DNA from: Bacteroidota bacterium
GTDB taxonomy: Bacteria; Bacteroidota; Bacteroidia; Bacteroidales; Lentimicrobiaceae
Length of the DNA stretch: 64,000 bases
Direction: 5' to 3'
Assembly: GCA_009773515.1 (NCBI GenBank)
Contig: WSXX01000023.1
Coordinates: forward strand, 3,971 to 67,970
Shown here: positions 45,529 to 54,556 of the stretch, in pieces
Position numbering within the stretch: position 1 is the stretch's first letter
Layout: every line of letters begins with the position of its first letter
Translations under genes and position numbers: made by a program
The notes under the pieces: generated by a model
Database searches by the model: none
Told to the model about the DNA's origin: nothing
The model's input: the letters and a program-made list of their open reading frames with translations, nothing else

Positions 45529-46383
45529 TTAGGACTTGTCATTCGTTTCAAATTCTTTAAGTGTCTTACCATGCTTGGTTTTCCATTCTGTTAGTCCGTT
45601 TGCGTTGCGTCCCATTACAATAACAGCCGCTGTCGATGGACTGCTAAAGATGTAATCATCTGAAAATTCAAAGTATTCACCTTTATAAACAAGCACTCCT
45701 TCATCAATTAGTTTTTGTCTAAATGTGATGAAGCTTGGCGTCATAGAATTTACAATTGTTGCTGCTGCTTTAGAGTTTCTAAAAACAACAAAACCGTCAG
45801 ACGACGGTTCGCCTTGTCCGTCTGCACCGCGAGCCGCGTTGATATAAAATGTTTCTTGTTTTCGTTTAGGTTTAAATTCTCTTTTCTCATCAAAAACTTT
45901 ATGGCCCAATGTATTAACAAGCATTTTTATATTTTCAATAAATTCTTCCATTTCAGCTCTATCTGATTCCGAAATTGATGATTGAGTCGGAATTATAAAA
46001 TTGTCAACATTGTATCGCTTGGCAGATTTTGCAATGTCGTGTAGTCGGTTTTCTAAATATTTGATATGAGCTTTGTTAAGGTTTTCATCTTTGCTAATAA
46101 ACACAATTGCTTCGTTCCAGAAGTCTTTTTGTGTCAATTGTTGATTTAGTCGCTTTAGAATTGATTCAGCTTCTCCAATATAAACTTTGTCTTTTCCTTC
46201 ATCGTCTTTGCCAAATAGCAAGTAAACCCCCGTGCTTGTCAGGTCTTCACGGTCAGTGCATTCCTTAATATTGATTCTGGGAATTTTATATGCCTTCCCC
46301 GACCAGTTTGAAAGCTCGCAACTCATCCGTCCGTTTGGGTCTCCGTCTATGAGAAATATTTTTATTGTCTTACCAAATTTCAT
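45529..46383 (-). CDS. GIY-YIG nuclease with C-terminal DUF4357-like domain
   Basis: GVYLLFG..VYIGEAE..RL..Q, IKYLE; FSSPSTAAVIVMGRNANGLTEWK; ATG at 46383. Confidence 0.85.
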   Translation of the reverse strand: MKFGKTIKIFLIDGDPNGRMSCELSNWSGKAYKIPRINIKECTDREDLTSTGVYLLFGKDDEGKDKVYIGEAESILKRLNQQLTQKDFWNEAIVFISKDENLNKAHIKYLENRLHDIAKSAKRYNVDNFIIPTQSSISESDRAEMEEFIENIKMLVNTLGHKVFDEKREFKPKRKQETFYINAARGADGQGEPSSDGFVVFRNSKAAATIVNSMTPSFITFRQKLIDEGVLVYKGEYFEFSDDYIFSSPSTAAVIVMGRNANGLTEWKTKHGKTLKEFETNDKS

Positions 46384-46398
46384 TTTTAGTAGTATATC

Positions 46399-46598
46399 GT
46401 TTAACAATGAGGCATATGGCAAAGGAATTTCTCCACCGTTTCAACACAAATGTATAAAGAAAGTAGCTGAACTTAATACAGCGTAAAAAATTAGATGAAG
46501 TTGCAGAGCAATAAAATTTTTATTAACCATTTTGAGGAGGTAAGCTTAAGGATGCCAAACCGGGTGATGCTTACTGCACATATGCCACTTTATTACCT
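46399..46598 (-). other. attC-like recombination site
   Basis: AGGTAAT-5nt-GGCATATG(T)GC ... GCCATATGCC-5nt-GTTAAAC; extra T in the left arm; upstream stop codon lies in the R''-like box. Confidence 0.45.
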
Positions 46599-47135
46599 TG
46601 CGTTTTCCCTTAATATTCTGTCAATTTCCAAATTGTCAAAAAATATTGTAATCCATCCTTCAAGGCTGAATTTGAAGTTAATTAATTCATCTTCCTTTTC
46701 TTCAAAGTCCATTGAGCCAACTAAAAACCTGTTGTTAAAACTCAATTGGAATTCAATATAGTCCGGAATATAAAGCTGCTGATCCCCCTCTACTTCAAAA
46801 ACTGACCACTGAATATTAATGTTCTCAATCTGTTGTCTGATAATATTTTTCCAGAAATAATCATTTTTGGTTTCCAGTTTTTGAGGTTTATCTCCGGTGA
46901 AAAGTGTTTCAAATCCGGCGAAGGCAATATTATGAAAATCATATTTTGAATCCCACCCGAAACAGAAATATTCATTATTGTCTAACCGGAATTCAATACC
47001 TCCGTCAACAATTTGCCTGTCACAATCTTTAATATCATATTGTTGTGTATTTACATTATACAAATTGACCTCTTCTATAACGTTTCCGATAAGTCTGGAT
47101 TTCAGCAGATTCTCTATTTGTTCTTTGGTTTCCAT
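46593..47135 (-). CDS. Hypothetical acidic protein, 180 aa
   Basis: AT-rich ATG ORF ending inside the attC-like site. Confidence 0.6.
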   Translation of the reverse strand: METKEQIENLLKSRLIGNVIEEVNLYNVNTQQYDIKDCDRQIVDGGIEFRLDNNEYFCFGWDSKYDFHNIAFAGFETLFTGDKPQKLETKNDYFWKNIIRQQIENINIQWSVFEVEGDQQLYIPDYIEFQLSFNNRFLVGSMDFEEKEDELINFKFSLEGWITIFFDNLEIDRILRENAR

Positions 47136-47183
47136 ATGAAGTTCAATGGTTTAGCAGTTGTCCGGCTTAAGTGTGGTTGTTTT

Positions 47184-48299
47184 TCAAAATCTATAGAATA
47201 ATTCTGTACTAATCAGGTTGTTATCAAACTTAGTTAATAGTTTTTTATCTTTCTGGTACGGACAGTAGTGATAGTTAATTCCTATGCCAATATAACTCTT
47301 TCTAAAGACGGGGGTCATAGCTGACAACCCCAATGAAAGATGAATTGTTTCAATATCATGGTATTTTTTCTCCTCTGAGTTTTTTTTATCTTCGGATAAG
47401 CCAGTGCTCACAGATTCTAATCCAATTCCAAATTTTGGCATTAAAATCAATTTTTTACTTTCATAGATTTTATAGCCAACCAATGCACCAAGGAATAAAG
47501 TGGTTTCTGAATTTACATAGTTAGTATCACCCATTGCATAATAATTGAAGTGATCATCATTAATATTAATCCTTATCTTAAATCCGAGTTCCACAACTAA
47601 TTTATTTCTTAACGGACTGCTGAAAGTGAATCCTATAACAGGAGAATATGAAAACACATCTTGAGAACTGATCGGCTTAAAAAAACCTGTGTACACTGCA
47701 ATTCCCATCCAATGATTGCTGTAAGTTCTGTATTTATCATTCAAATACTGCTTTATATAACTATCACTATATTCTGATTTTTTTATCTCAGTATCAAATC
47801 CTTCAATGTCACCTGAAAACAAAATACAAATCAACTTTTCATCGGGAATTAGGGAATCTGTTCGTAAAAGATTAGTTGCTTCCTCCATTAACAGAGAATC
47901 GATTTTATGTCGCAATGGCACATAACCATAATATGCCTTGTTATCGGAATAAAGGTACCCATAGTTTATTCTTTTAGAATCTGCTATCCTGTTTCTTAGC
48001 ACATACTGAAAGTGATTCTCAAAATATGTCTGAACAGAAGTTATCACTGGTTCTTTGTCTATGATATTTTTAAGAACAATCAGTCTTTGTGTAAATTCTG
48101 AAATGCCACATAACTTTATCCAATCGTTACCGATTATCTCTAAAGAATCAAGTTTGTTATCTTCAAAATCATCTGAAAGTTGATTTATGGTTAAAATGGT
48201 CATTCTTTCACAATCAGGTAATTCATTTGAAAATATCCTGCTCTGTCCGAATGATCCTATCCAAAAGAATACCAATATAATTGCTAATCTTACCTGCAT
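47184..48299 (-). CDS. Secreted protein with a C-terminal outer-membrane beta-barrel-like domain
   Basis: Signal peptide, alternating C-terminal strands, terminal YRF. Confidence 0.6.
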   Translation of the reverse strand: MQVRLAIILVFFWIGSFGQSRIFSNELPDCERMTILTINQLSDDFEDNKLDSLEIIGNDWIKLCGISEFTQRLIVLKNIIDKEPVITSVQTYFENHFQYVLRNRIADSKRINYGYLYSDNKAYYGYVPLRHKIDSLLMEEATNLLRTDSLIPDEKLICILFSGDIEGFDTEIKKSEYSDSYIKQYLNDKYRTYSNHWMGIAVYTGFFKPISSQDVFSYSPVIGFTFSSPLRNKLVVELGFKIRININDDHFNYYAMGDTNYVNSETTLFLGALVGYKIYESKKLILMPKFGIGLESVSTGLSEDKKNSEEKKYHDIETIHLSLGLSAMTPVFRKSYIGIGINYHYCPYQKDKKLLTKFDNNLISTELFYRF

Positions 48300-48396
48300 A
48301 AATGTTTGATTTAAAGTAGTTTCAATTTAATAATTTCTAACCATCAACCGAAGTCATGAGCTGCCATACATCACAAAACCTTCTGTAGATGCGAAT

Positions 48397-48419
48397 GCCG
48401 GAATTTTTGATAAATGTAC
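48397..48419 (-). repeat. 23-bp promoter-like repeat, copy 1
   Basis: GCCGGAATTTTTGATAAATGTAC; one mismatch to 49694-49716. Confidence 0.6.
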
Positions 48420-48560
48420 AATTATTTTTAACCAGGATCTCCGTGTAGGTTTTTAGTTTGAGATTGGACCGCGCTGGATCGTTTATTCAAAAATAAAGTG
48501 AGTTCAATATGGAGTGTTTGAAGGGTTCTTTAGCTTAAATTGCGAAGAAAGCAGCCTCTC

Positions 48561-48932
48561 TTATTCTACAATAATTACCAGCTTACAGATTTCTAATTTC
48601 TCTTGTAGCCATGGTCGTCCAAAAGCATATTCGAGCAGGAAAGTGCCTGTTGTCAATCCTGTGTATTCATATGTGTAAATGTATTTCCCTCCTTTTGGGC
48701 CATGTCCTTCCTTTAACACTATATTTTTCAATTGAATTGCCACTTGAGTAGAATCAAAATCATTCGGAAGATACCAAACATAGCCTGTACCCGGCGAGAA
48801 CTCAAATACTAATTCAAAAGATTCCAGCACACTGATTGTTTTGGAGATTGTAGTATCAGATTGAATCAAATGCTGACTCAGTCCGATTGAACTTATTAGT
48901 AAAAATGAGAATATTGTTATGACATTTTTCAT
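48561..48932 (-). CDS. Chagasin-like (I42) cysteine protease inhibitor
   Basis: Signal peptide, SPGTGYVW (NPTTGY-like), GGKY, FGRPW. Confidence 0.7.
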   Translation of the reverse strand: MKNVITIFSFLLISSIGLSQHLIQSDTTISKTISVLESFELVFEFSPGTGYVWYLPNDFDSTQVAIQLKNIVLKEGHGPKGGKYIYTYEYTGLTTGTFLLEYAFGRPWLQEKLEICKLVIIVE

Positions 48933-48963
48933 GAAAGTCAGGTTTTGTTTGGTTTATCCTACT

Positions 48964-49635
48964 TTAGTCAACTAATTTAAATTCAAAGTCTTTAGTTAAT
49001 GTTTCCGCTTCACAATCAACACCATACTTTTTTAAAAGAACACCAAATCCATTTAATGCATCAACAACAGCCTTATCACAGTCAATTGACAGAGATTTGG
49101 TTATCGAAATATTTGAAATGGAGCAATCTTCATGCGTTTGATAACTTGCTATAACTGTTCCTTGCAATCCTGCTTCAATTGCACTTTTTGGATAACGAGG
49201 ATAGATATAAAAAATTGGAGGAAGTTTCTTTTTGCTATCAAAATCAAATCTTTCAGTTACCATACCTTTTTCTTTTGATGTTAGCCAAATCCCGACTTTT
49301 TGATCATTCAGGTATTGGCCTTTTATCTTGAATTCCCTGGGTTGTGAGTATTCAACCCATTCTCCATCTTTTTTTCCATTTTTATAAACACATCTTAGTT
49401 TTATGTAGTCATCTGTTTTAAAAGTCTGTTTCCTTATCAGTTTGTCAACATTTCCCGGTGCTTTAAAATACGAAACATATTCACCATGTTTTGTCTTTCC
49501 ATCTGATTTAAGAACAGCGTAGCTTTCGTAAACCTGTTTAGAGCCTTTGAATTTTTTTATAACCAACTTTGTCTCCTGACAGATTGCTGCCAAAGTCCAG
49601 ATTAATGCTAATGATATCAGAAAGAAGTGTTTCAT
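48964..49635 (-). CDS. Secreted protein with MORN-like repeats and a TonB C-terminal domain
   Basis: KHGEY, KKDGEWVEY, KVGIW; PRYPKSAIEAGLQGTV..CDKAVVDAL; ATG at 49635. Confidence 0.65.
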   Translation of the reverse strand: MKHFFLISLALIWTLAAICQETKLVIKKFKGSKQVYESYAVLKSDGKTKHGEYVSYFKAPGNVDKLIRKQTFKTDDYIKLRCVYKNGKKDGEWVEYSQPREFKIKGQYLNDQKVGIWLTSKEKGMVTERFDFDSKKKLPPIFYIYPRYPKSAIEAGLQGTVIASYQTHEDCSISNISITKSLSIDCDKAVVDALNGFGVLLKKYGVDCEAETLTKDFEFKLVD

Positions 49636-49693
49636 GGTATAACATATTTCGACCAAATATTCACAATTAATTTAATCATCAACCATTCCGGCA

Positions 49694-49716
49694 GCCGGAA
49701 TTGTTGATAAATGTAC
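49694..49716 (-). repeat. 23-bp promoter-like repeat, copy 2
   Basis: GCCGGAATTGTTGATAAATGTAC, overlapping the palindrome ATTCCGGCAGCCGGAAT. Confidence 0.6.
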
Positions 49717-49899
49717 GAACTTCCTTTGAATTTAGAATCTGACAATAATGTCAATTTATATGATATCCAGAAGGGAAAAAAGGACAAAACTATCACTCTG
49801 CTAAATTGACATTTTATCTGACATTGAAAATATTCGTAACTTTAGCATCATCTATCACTGATAGTTACACAAATTACTTCACAGATCAAAGTTAAAATC

Positions 49900-51552
49900 A
49901 TGACAAAAAAAACTGTTCTTCGTGTTGCGCTTTATGCAGTGCTGATTATTGCAGTCATAGTCGTGGGTTTGCAGTTAAGCTTTAGCTTTTACTTCAATAA
50001 AAAAATAAAAACCGATTTGCAGAAAGAAGTAGTAAGCCAGAGTCAGGGTGAATATCAGTTGAAGATTGAAAATCTGAGCACAAATATTTTCAACCAGTCT
50101 ATCTATTTAACTGATTTTCTGTTAGAACCTGTCAATATCATTGATTCTACATCCCCAAAATATTATGCATCAGCAAGTAAAATAAGCCTGGTGAATTTTA
50201 AATTATTCGCATTTCTGTTAAGAAAGGAATTAATTATTTCCGGCATGGAACTGGAAGATCCTTCCGGAAATATTTTCAGAAACAGCGCAACAGATACCAG
50301 CGAATCGAAAGAGAGTAAAAGAAAATTCTCGATTTATAGTCTGATCAGCAAGCACATCCATTCATTGCAGATTAAAGATATCAAAATCAGCAATGCCGAT
50401 ATAATGATTTATGATGATTTCGGCGATAGCATTCCATCCATTAACAGCAAAGAGAATGAATTGAAAATTTCAAATCTGCGCATTGACAAATCAGCCGAAG
50501 AAGCAGGCAGATTATTTTTGGCCGATACCGTTAACCTCGTCATTAATAAATTCGCTTATAACACCAGCGACGGGCTATATTCCATTCACGTAAAACAACT
50601 TTCGGCATCGTACAGTGATTCAACGCTGATGCTGGATTCCTGTGAGCTTATTCCCAATTATTCCAAGATAGAATTTGCCGGTAAAGCCGGAAAGCAAACT
50701 GACAGGTTGAATATCTCCGCAGAAAGCCTGAATTTCAGCAGCATGGATGTTAAACAGTTTTTCGAAAGAAACTGGTTTATTGCCAGAACTTTAAACATCG
50801 ACACCCTCTTCATTTCTGCTTTCCGCGACAAAAATGACCATAGAATCCCGGTACTTTCAAAGTCGGTTCAACAGCTTTTAAAAGGAATTCCGTTTTATAC
50901 AATAATTGACTCCATAAATGTTAACGATGCAGAAATCTTTTATGAAGAGATAGCAGAGGGATCGTCTGCTCCCGGCAAGGTTTCATTCAATGCCCTGGAT
51001 GCAACCATAACCGGGTTTACCAGCGACTCAACCTTATTTTCGGAATACAATGTTTTGCAGTTAAACGCTACCTGCCGATTTATGAACAAAGGGAAATTGA
51101 AAGCGCAATATAGTTTCCCTTTAAATACTGATAAAATGGTATTTGACTGTTCAGGAGAGTTGGTTGATATGCCTTTGCCGGAAATTAATTTAATACTTGA
51201 GCCAGGTGAGAATATTTCTATTAAGGATGGGTTCGTCGAATCCATGAAATTTTCATTTCATGCCAATGAAAACGCTTCTCAAGGGGAAATGGAAATGCGA
51301 TATCACCACCTTAAAATAGAGCTATTGAATAAAAAAGATGGCGAAGCCGGGTTGGTGCAAGATGTCCTTTCATTTCTGGCCCATCAGTTTGTTATAAAAG
51401 AGGAGAATCCTTCACCAGGCAAAGCAGTAAGAATCACCAAAATAAGTTATCCCAGAGACCCAACCCGGTTTATTTTTAACTATTCGTGGAAGTCATTGTT
51501 AAGTGGAATTAAGCCTACCATTGGGTTGCCTGAAAAATCGAAGAAGAGATAA
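49900..51552 (+). CDS. AsmA/DUF748-like envelope protein
   Basis: N-terminal TM anchor, beta-rich repeats, C-terminal FNYSWKSLLSG. Confidence 0.6.
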   Translation: MTKKTVLRVALYAVLIIAVIVVGLQLSFSFYFNKKIKTDLQKEVVSQSQGEYQLKIENLSTNIFNQSIYLTDFLLEPVNIIDSTSPKYYASASKISLVNFKLFAFLLRKELIISGMELEDPSGNIFRNSATDTSESKESKRKFSIYSLISKHIHSLQIKDIKISNADIMIYDDFGDSIPSINSKENELKISNLRIDKSAEEAGRLFLADTVNLVINKFAYNTSDGLYSIHVKQLSASYSDSTLMLDSCELIPNYSKIEFAGKAGKQTDRLNISAESLNFSSMDVKQFFERNWFIARTLNIDTLFISAFRDKNDHRIPVLSKSVQQLLKGIPFYTIIDSINVNDAEIFYEEIAEGSSAPGKVSFNALDATITGFTSDSTLFSEYNVLQLNATCRFMNKGKLKAQYSFPLNTDKMVFDCSGELVDMPLPEINLILEPGENISIKDGFVESMKFSFHANENASQGEMEMRYHHLKIELLNKKDGEAGLVQDVLSFLAHQFVIKEENPSPGKAVRITKISYPRDPTRFIFNYSWKSLLSGIKPTIGLPEKSKKR

Positions 51553-51687
51553 AGGGAAAAATAGCCGGGGAATTGATTGTATTGAAAGTTCTTTGGTGTA
51601 TTTGGGTATATACTTAGGTTTGTATGTTAATTTGTATGTCGTAAAAGAAAAAAGCCACTCACAATTTAATGTAAGTGGCTGATTTTC

Positions 51688-51764
51688 TGGCTCCCTCTGC
51701 TGGACTTGAACCAGCGACCCTCTGATTAACAGTCAGATGCTCTAACCAACTGAGCTAAGAAGGA
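51688..51764 (-). tRNA. tRNA-Asn(GTT) with encoded CCA
   Basis: TCCTTCT/AGAGGGA acceptor stem, TCTGA-CTGTTAA-TCAGA anticodon arm, T-loop TTCAAGT. Confidence 0.95.
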
Positions 51765-52038
51765 ATGCTTCCCCGAATTGGGACTGCAAAATTAAGCATA
51801 AAAATAAAATAAACAAGTCTTATCCAAAAAAAAATGAAAAATTCTATGAAGTGCTTGTTTATACACCTTCTGAATGGACTACCAAATCAGTTAAAGCAGA
51901 TTTACTTGCAAGTTTAAATGCGAATTCTCGTTCACAATAGTTGTATTATTTCCTGTTATTTCCCCTTGTTTAAAACCCTCCTCCCACGCTTATTAATCTG
52001 CACTTTGTCCTTACCTTTGCACTTCCAAACCTGATGTA

Positions 52039-53001
52039 ATGAATGCACTTACCCAATTAAAACAGCACACCCGCGTGGTGGCCGATACCGGTGATTTTGA
52101 ATCTATGAAAGCTTACCTTCCGGTAGATGCAACCACCAACCCATCATTGATTTACGTTTCGGCTAAAGATGAAAAATACCGTCATCTTGCAGCCGCTGCT
52201 GCTGCCGAAGCTAAAAAACTCAGCAACGACCCTGCAGTTCAGCTTTCACTTTGTCTCGACAGGGTGGCTGTGAATTTCGGCCTCGAAATATTAAAAATTG
52301 TCCCGGGAAGGGTAAGTACAGAAGTTGATGCACGCCTTTCGTTCGACACTGAAGCTTCTGTTGCCAAAGCCCGGGAGTTGATCCGTTTGTACGAAGCTGC
52401 GGGCATCGATCGCAACCGCATTCTGATTAAAGTTGCTGCAACATGGGAAGGCATTAAAGCCGCCGAAGTACTCGAAAAAGAAGGCATTCATTGTAACCTT
52501 ACCCTGCTTTTTTCAAAAATTCAGGCCATTGCCTGTGCCGAAGCAGGGGTAAAACTTATTTCTCCGTTTGTTGGCCGTATCCTCGACTGGTATAAAAAAG
52601 AGCAGAATTTTAATTCAGCCGATCCCAACGAAGATCCGGGCGTAGTTTCGGTTACTGAAATCTTCAATTATTACAAAAAGTTTGGCCACAATACCGAAGT
52701 TATGGGTGCCAGCTTCCGCAACAAAGGCGAAATTACCGCGCTAACCGGTTGCGATTTGCTCACCATTGCTCCTTCACTGCTTAAGGAACTTGAGGAATCA
52801 AACGAAACCCTTGAGTTGAAACTTGACGCGTCAAAAGCTACAGGTATGGATATACAGCGTATCAACGCCGGCGAAAAAAACTTCCGCTGGCTGATGAACG
52901 AAGATGCAATGGCTACTGAAAAACTGGCAGAAGGTATCCGTAAATTTACCATCGATCTGCTGAAACTTGAAGATTTCCTGAAAAAGGAATTTCTTTCATA
53001 A
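52039..53001 (+). CDS. tal: Transaldolase
   Basis: [44 protein letters not shown]; TACCTTTG box at 52012-52019. Confidence 0.96.
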   Translation: MNALTQLKQHTRVVADTGDFESMKAYLPVDATTNPSLIYVSAKDEKYRHLAAAAAAEAKKLSNDPAVQLSLCLDRVAVNFGLEILKIVPGRVSTEVDARLSFDTEASVAKARELIRLYEAAGIDRNRILIKVAATWEGIKAAEVLEKEGIHCNLTLLFSKIQAIACAEAGVKLISPFVGRILDWYKKEQNFNSADPNEDPGVVSVTEIFNYYKKFGHNTEVMGASFRNKGEITALTGCDLLTIAPSLLKELEESNETLELKLDASKATGMDIQRINAGEKNFRWLMNEDAMATEKLAEGIRKFTIDLLKLEDFLKKEFLS

Positions 53002-53201
53002 GTCCAAGACCAAAAAGACAGGATCAACAACCTGATCCTTAAATAATTTCCGGCCTTCACTATATTTTTTACTTTTGCAGGCCCAATGATAAATCCGTAT
53101 CCTGAAAAGGATTATGATTTTCAACATCGGGAAACCATACAATTACCGCCTGAAACTGAGGGCAGGTCATTTCGCTTAAATCATCTTAAACAAATAAAAA
53201 T

Positions 53202-54125
53202 ATGAGTTTAGTTATTGTCGGCACCGTAGCTTTTGATGCCATTGAAACCCCTTTCGGGAAAACTGATAAGATACTGGGTGGTGCTGCCACTTTTATCGGA
53301 CTTGCAGCCGGAAAACTTAATGTTGATGCAAAAATTGTTTCCGTTGTTGGCGGCGATTTTCCTAAGGAATACCTCGACCTTTTAAACCAGAACGGCGTTG
53401 ATACTTCAGGTATAAAAATTATTCCTGACGGGAAAACCTTTTTCTGGGCTGGTCGTTACCACAACGACATGAATACCCGCGATACCCTCGCCACCGAGTT
53501 GAATGTGCTGGCCGATTTCAGCCCTGTTGTGCCTGAATCATACAAAGACTGCACGTTTCTGATGCTTGGCAACCTCACCCCTCAGATTCAGAAAAGTGTG
53601 ATTGAGCAACTGCCTGTGAAGCCGAAACTCATTGTAATGGATACCATGAACTTCTGGATGAACTCCGCATGGGACGATCTTATTGAGGTGATCGGCATGG
53701 TTGATGTGCTCACCATCAACGATGAGGAAGCCCGTCAGCTTTCGGGTGAATATTCTTTGGTGAAAGCTGCACGCAAGATCATCGCCATGGGCCCGAAATA
53801 TCTGGTCATTAAAAAAGGAGAGCATGGCGCTTTCCTGTTTAACAAAGACAGTGTATTCTTCGCCCCTGCCCTTCCGCTCGAAGAAGTGTTTGACCCAACC
53901 GGTGCCGGAGATACTTTTGCCGGAGGATTTATCGGTTATCTGGCCAGAACAGGTGATATCTCGTTCGATAATATGAAACGTGCCATTATTTATGGTTCTG
54001 CCATGGCTTCGTTTACTGTTGAAAAGTTTGGTACTGAAGGACTTCAGGCACTCAACAACGGCGATCTGAACGACCGCATCAGGCAATTCTCAAGCATGGT
54101 GCAATTTGACATTGATCTTGATTAA
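53202..54125 (+). CDS. PfkB-family sugar/nucleoside kinase
   Basis: GTVAFD, LGGAAT, VIKKGEHG, DPTGAGDTFAGG. Confidence 0.9.
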   Translation: MSLVIVGTVAFDAIETPFGKTDKILGGAATFIGLAAGKLNVDAKIVSVVGGDFPKEYLDLLNQNGVDTSGIKIIPDGKTFFWAGRYHNDMNTRDTLATELNVLADFSPVVPESYKDCTFLMLGNLTPQIQKSVIEQLPVKPKLIVMDTMNFWMNSAWDDLIEVIGMVDVLTINDEEARQLSGEYSLVKAARKIIAMGPKYLVIKKGEHGAFLFNKDSVFFAPALPLEEVFDPTGAGDTFAGGFIGYLARTGDISFDNMKRAIIYGSAMASFTVEKFGTEGLQALNNGDLNDRIRQFSSMVQFDIDLD

Positions 54126-54270
54126 GCTCCCACCATAAATCCGTAATAAAATGAATAACTCGTTGTTAGTCAGGGCTTGACTTGATTGTGCCCTGTTTTT
54201 GCTAAACGTTCGCTTTCAATAAGTCAAACCCTGGCTTGCGGAATTAAGCTCACAAAAAATAAGTTTGCAG

Positions 54271-54301
54271 AACCGCGGGCATCAGTCCGCGGTTTTTTTT
54301 T
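54271..54301 (+). terminator. Rho-independent terminator
   Basis: AACCGCGG-GCATCAGT-CCGCGGTT followed by a T-run. Confidence 0.75.
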
Positions 54302-54304
54302 CAA

Positions 54305-54440
54305 TCCCCACCCGATTGGCGTCAATACCTCATACTTCATCCGGTATAAAATCAGGCAAGCTACCAATGATTCCGCTAAGCGGAATATAGCCTGACTGCT
54401 GTATATTGCCTTAGAGCCACTCACAACTCAGCAGTGCATT
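54305..54440 (-). ncRNA. Rod-shaped ncRNA, probable 6S RNA (6S-Flavo-like)
   Basis: Nested pairings AUUCCGC/GCGGAAU, GUCAGGC/GCCUGAU, a central bubble, and outer CACUGCUGAGUUG/CAAUCGGGUGG with G-U pairs favouring the minus strand. Confidence 0.5.
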
Positions 54441-54556
54441 CAATCCAGTCTTCATTCCATTTAGCTAATTTTAAGAATAGGTTTTGTTTTTGTGGGGATT
54501 TTTATAACTTTGTCGCCCTTTCAAAAATGGACTATTCATCATAACTAATTAAAAAC

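Noticed and set aside
45480-51764. Intact prophage or integrative element at tRNA-Asn
   Set aside because: No integrase, phage genes or duplicated tRNA 3' end found by eye.
53083-53200. Named riboswitch (ZTP, NiCo, fluoride, purine) or hammerhead
   Set aside because: Only fragmentary matches (CGCCTG, CTGAG..CAGG); the conserved cores are absent, so it is kept only as an unassigned leader.
53538-54086. 182-aa minus-strand ORF
   Set aside because: Antisense to the PfkB kinase; the ORFs at 60994-61548 and 61969-62547 are the same kind of shadow.
54260-54267. TAAGTTTG -7 box as a plus-strand promoter
   Set aside because: Transcription would start inside a terminator hairpin; probably a chance match.
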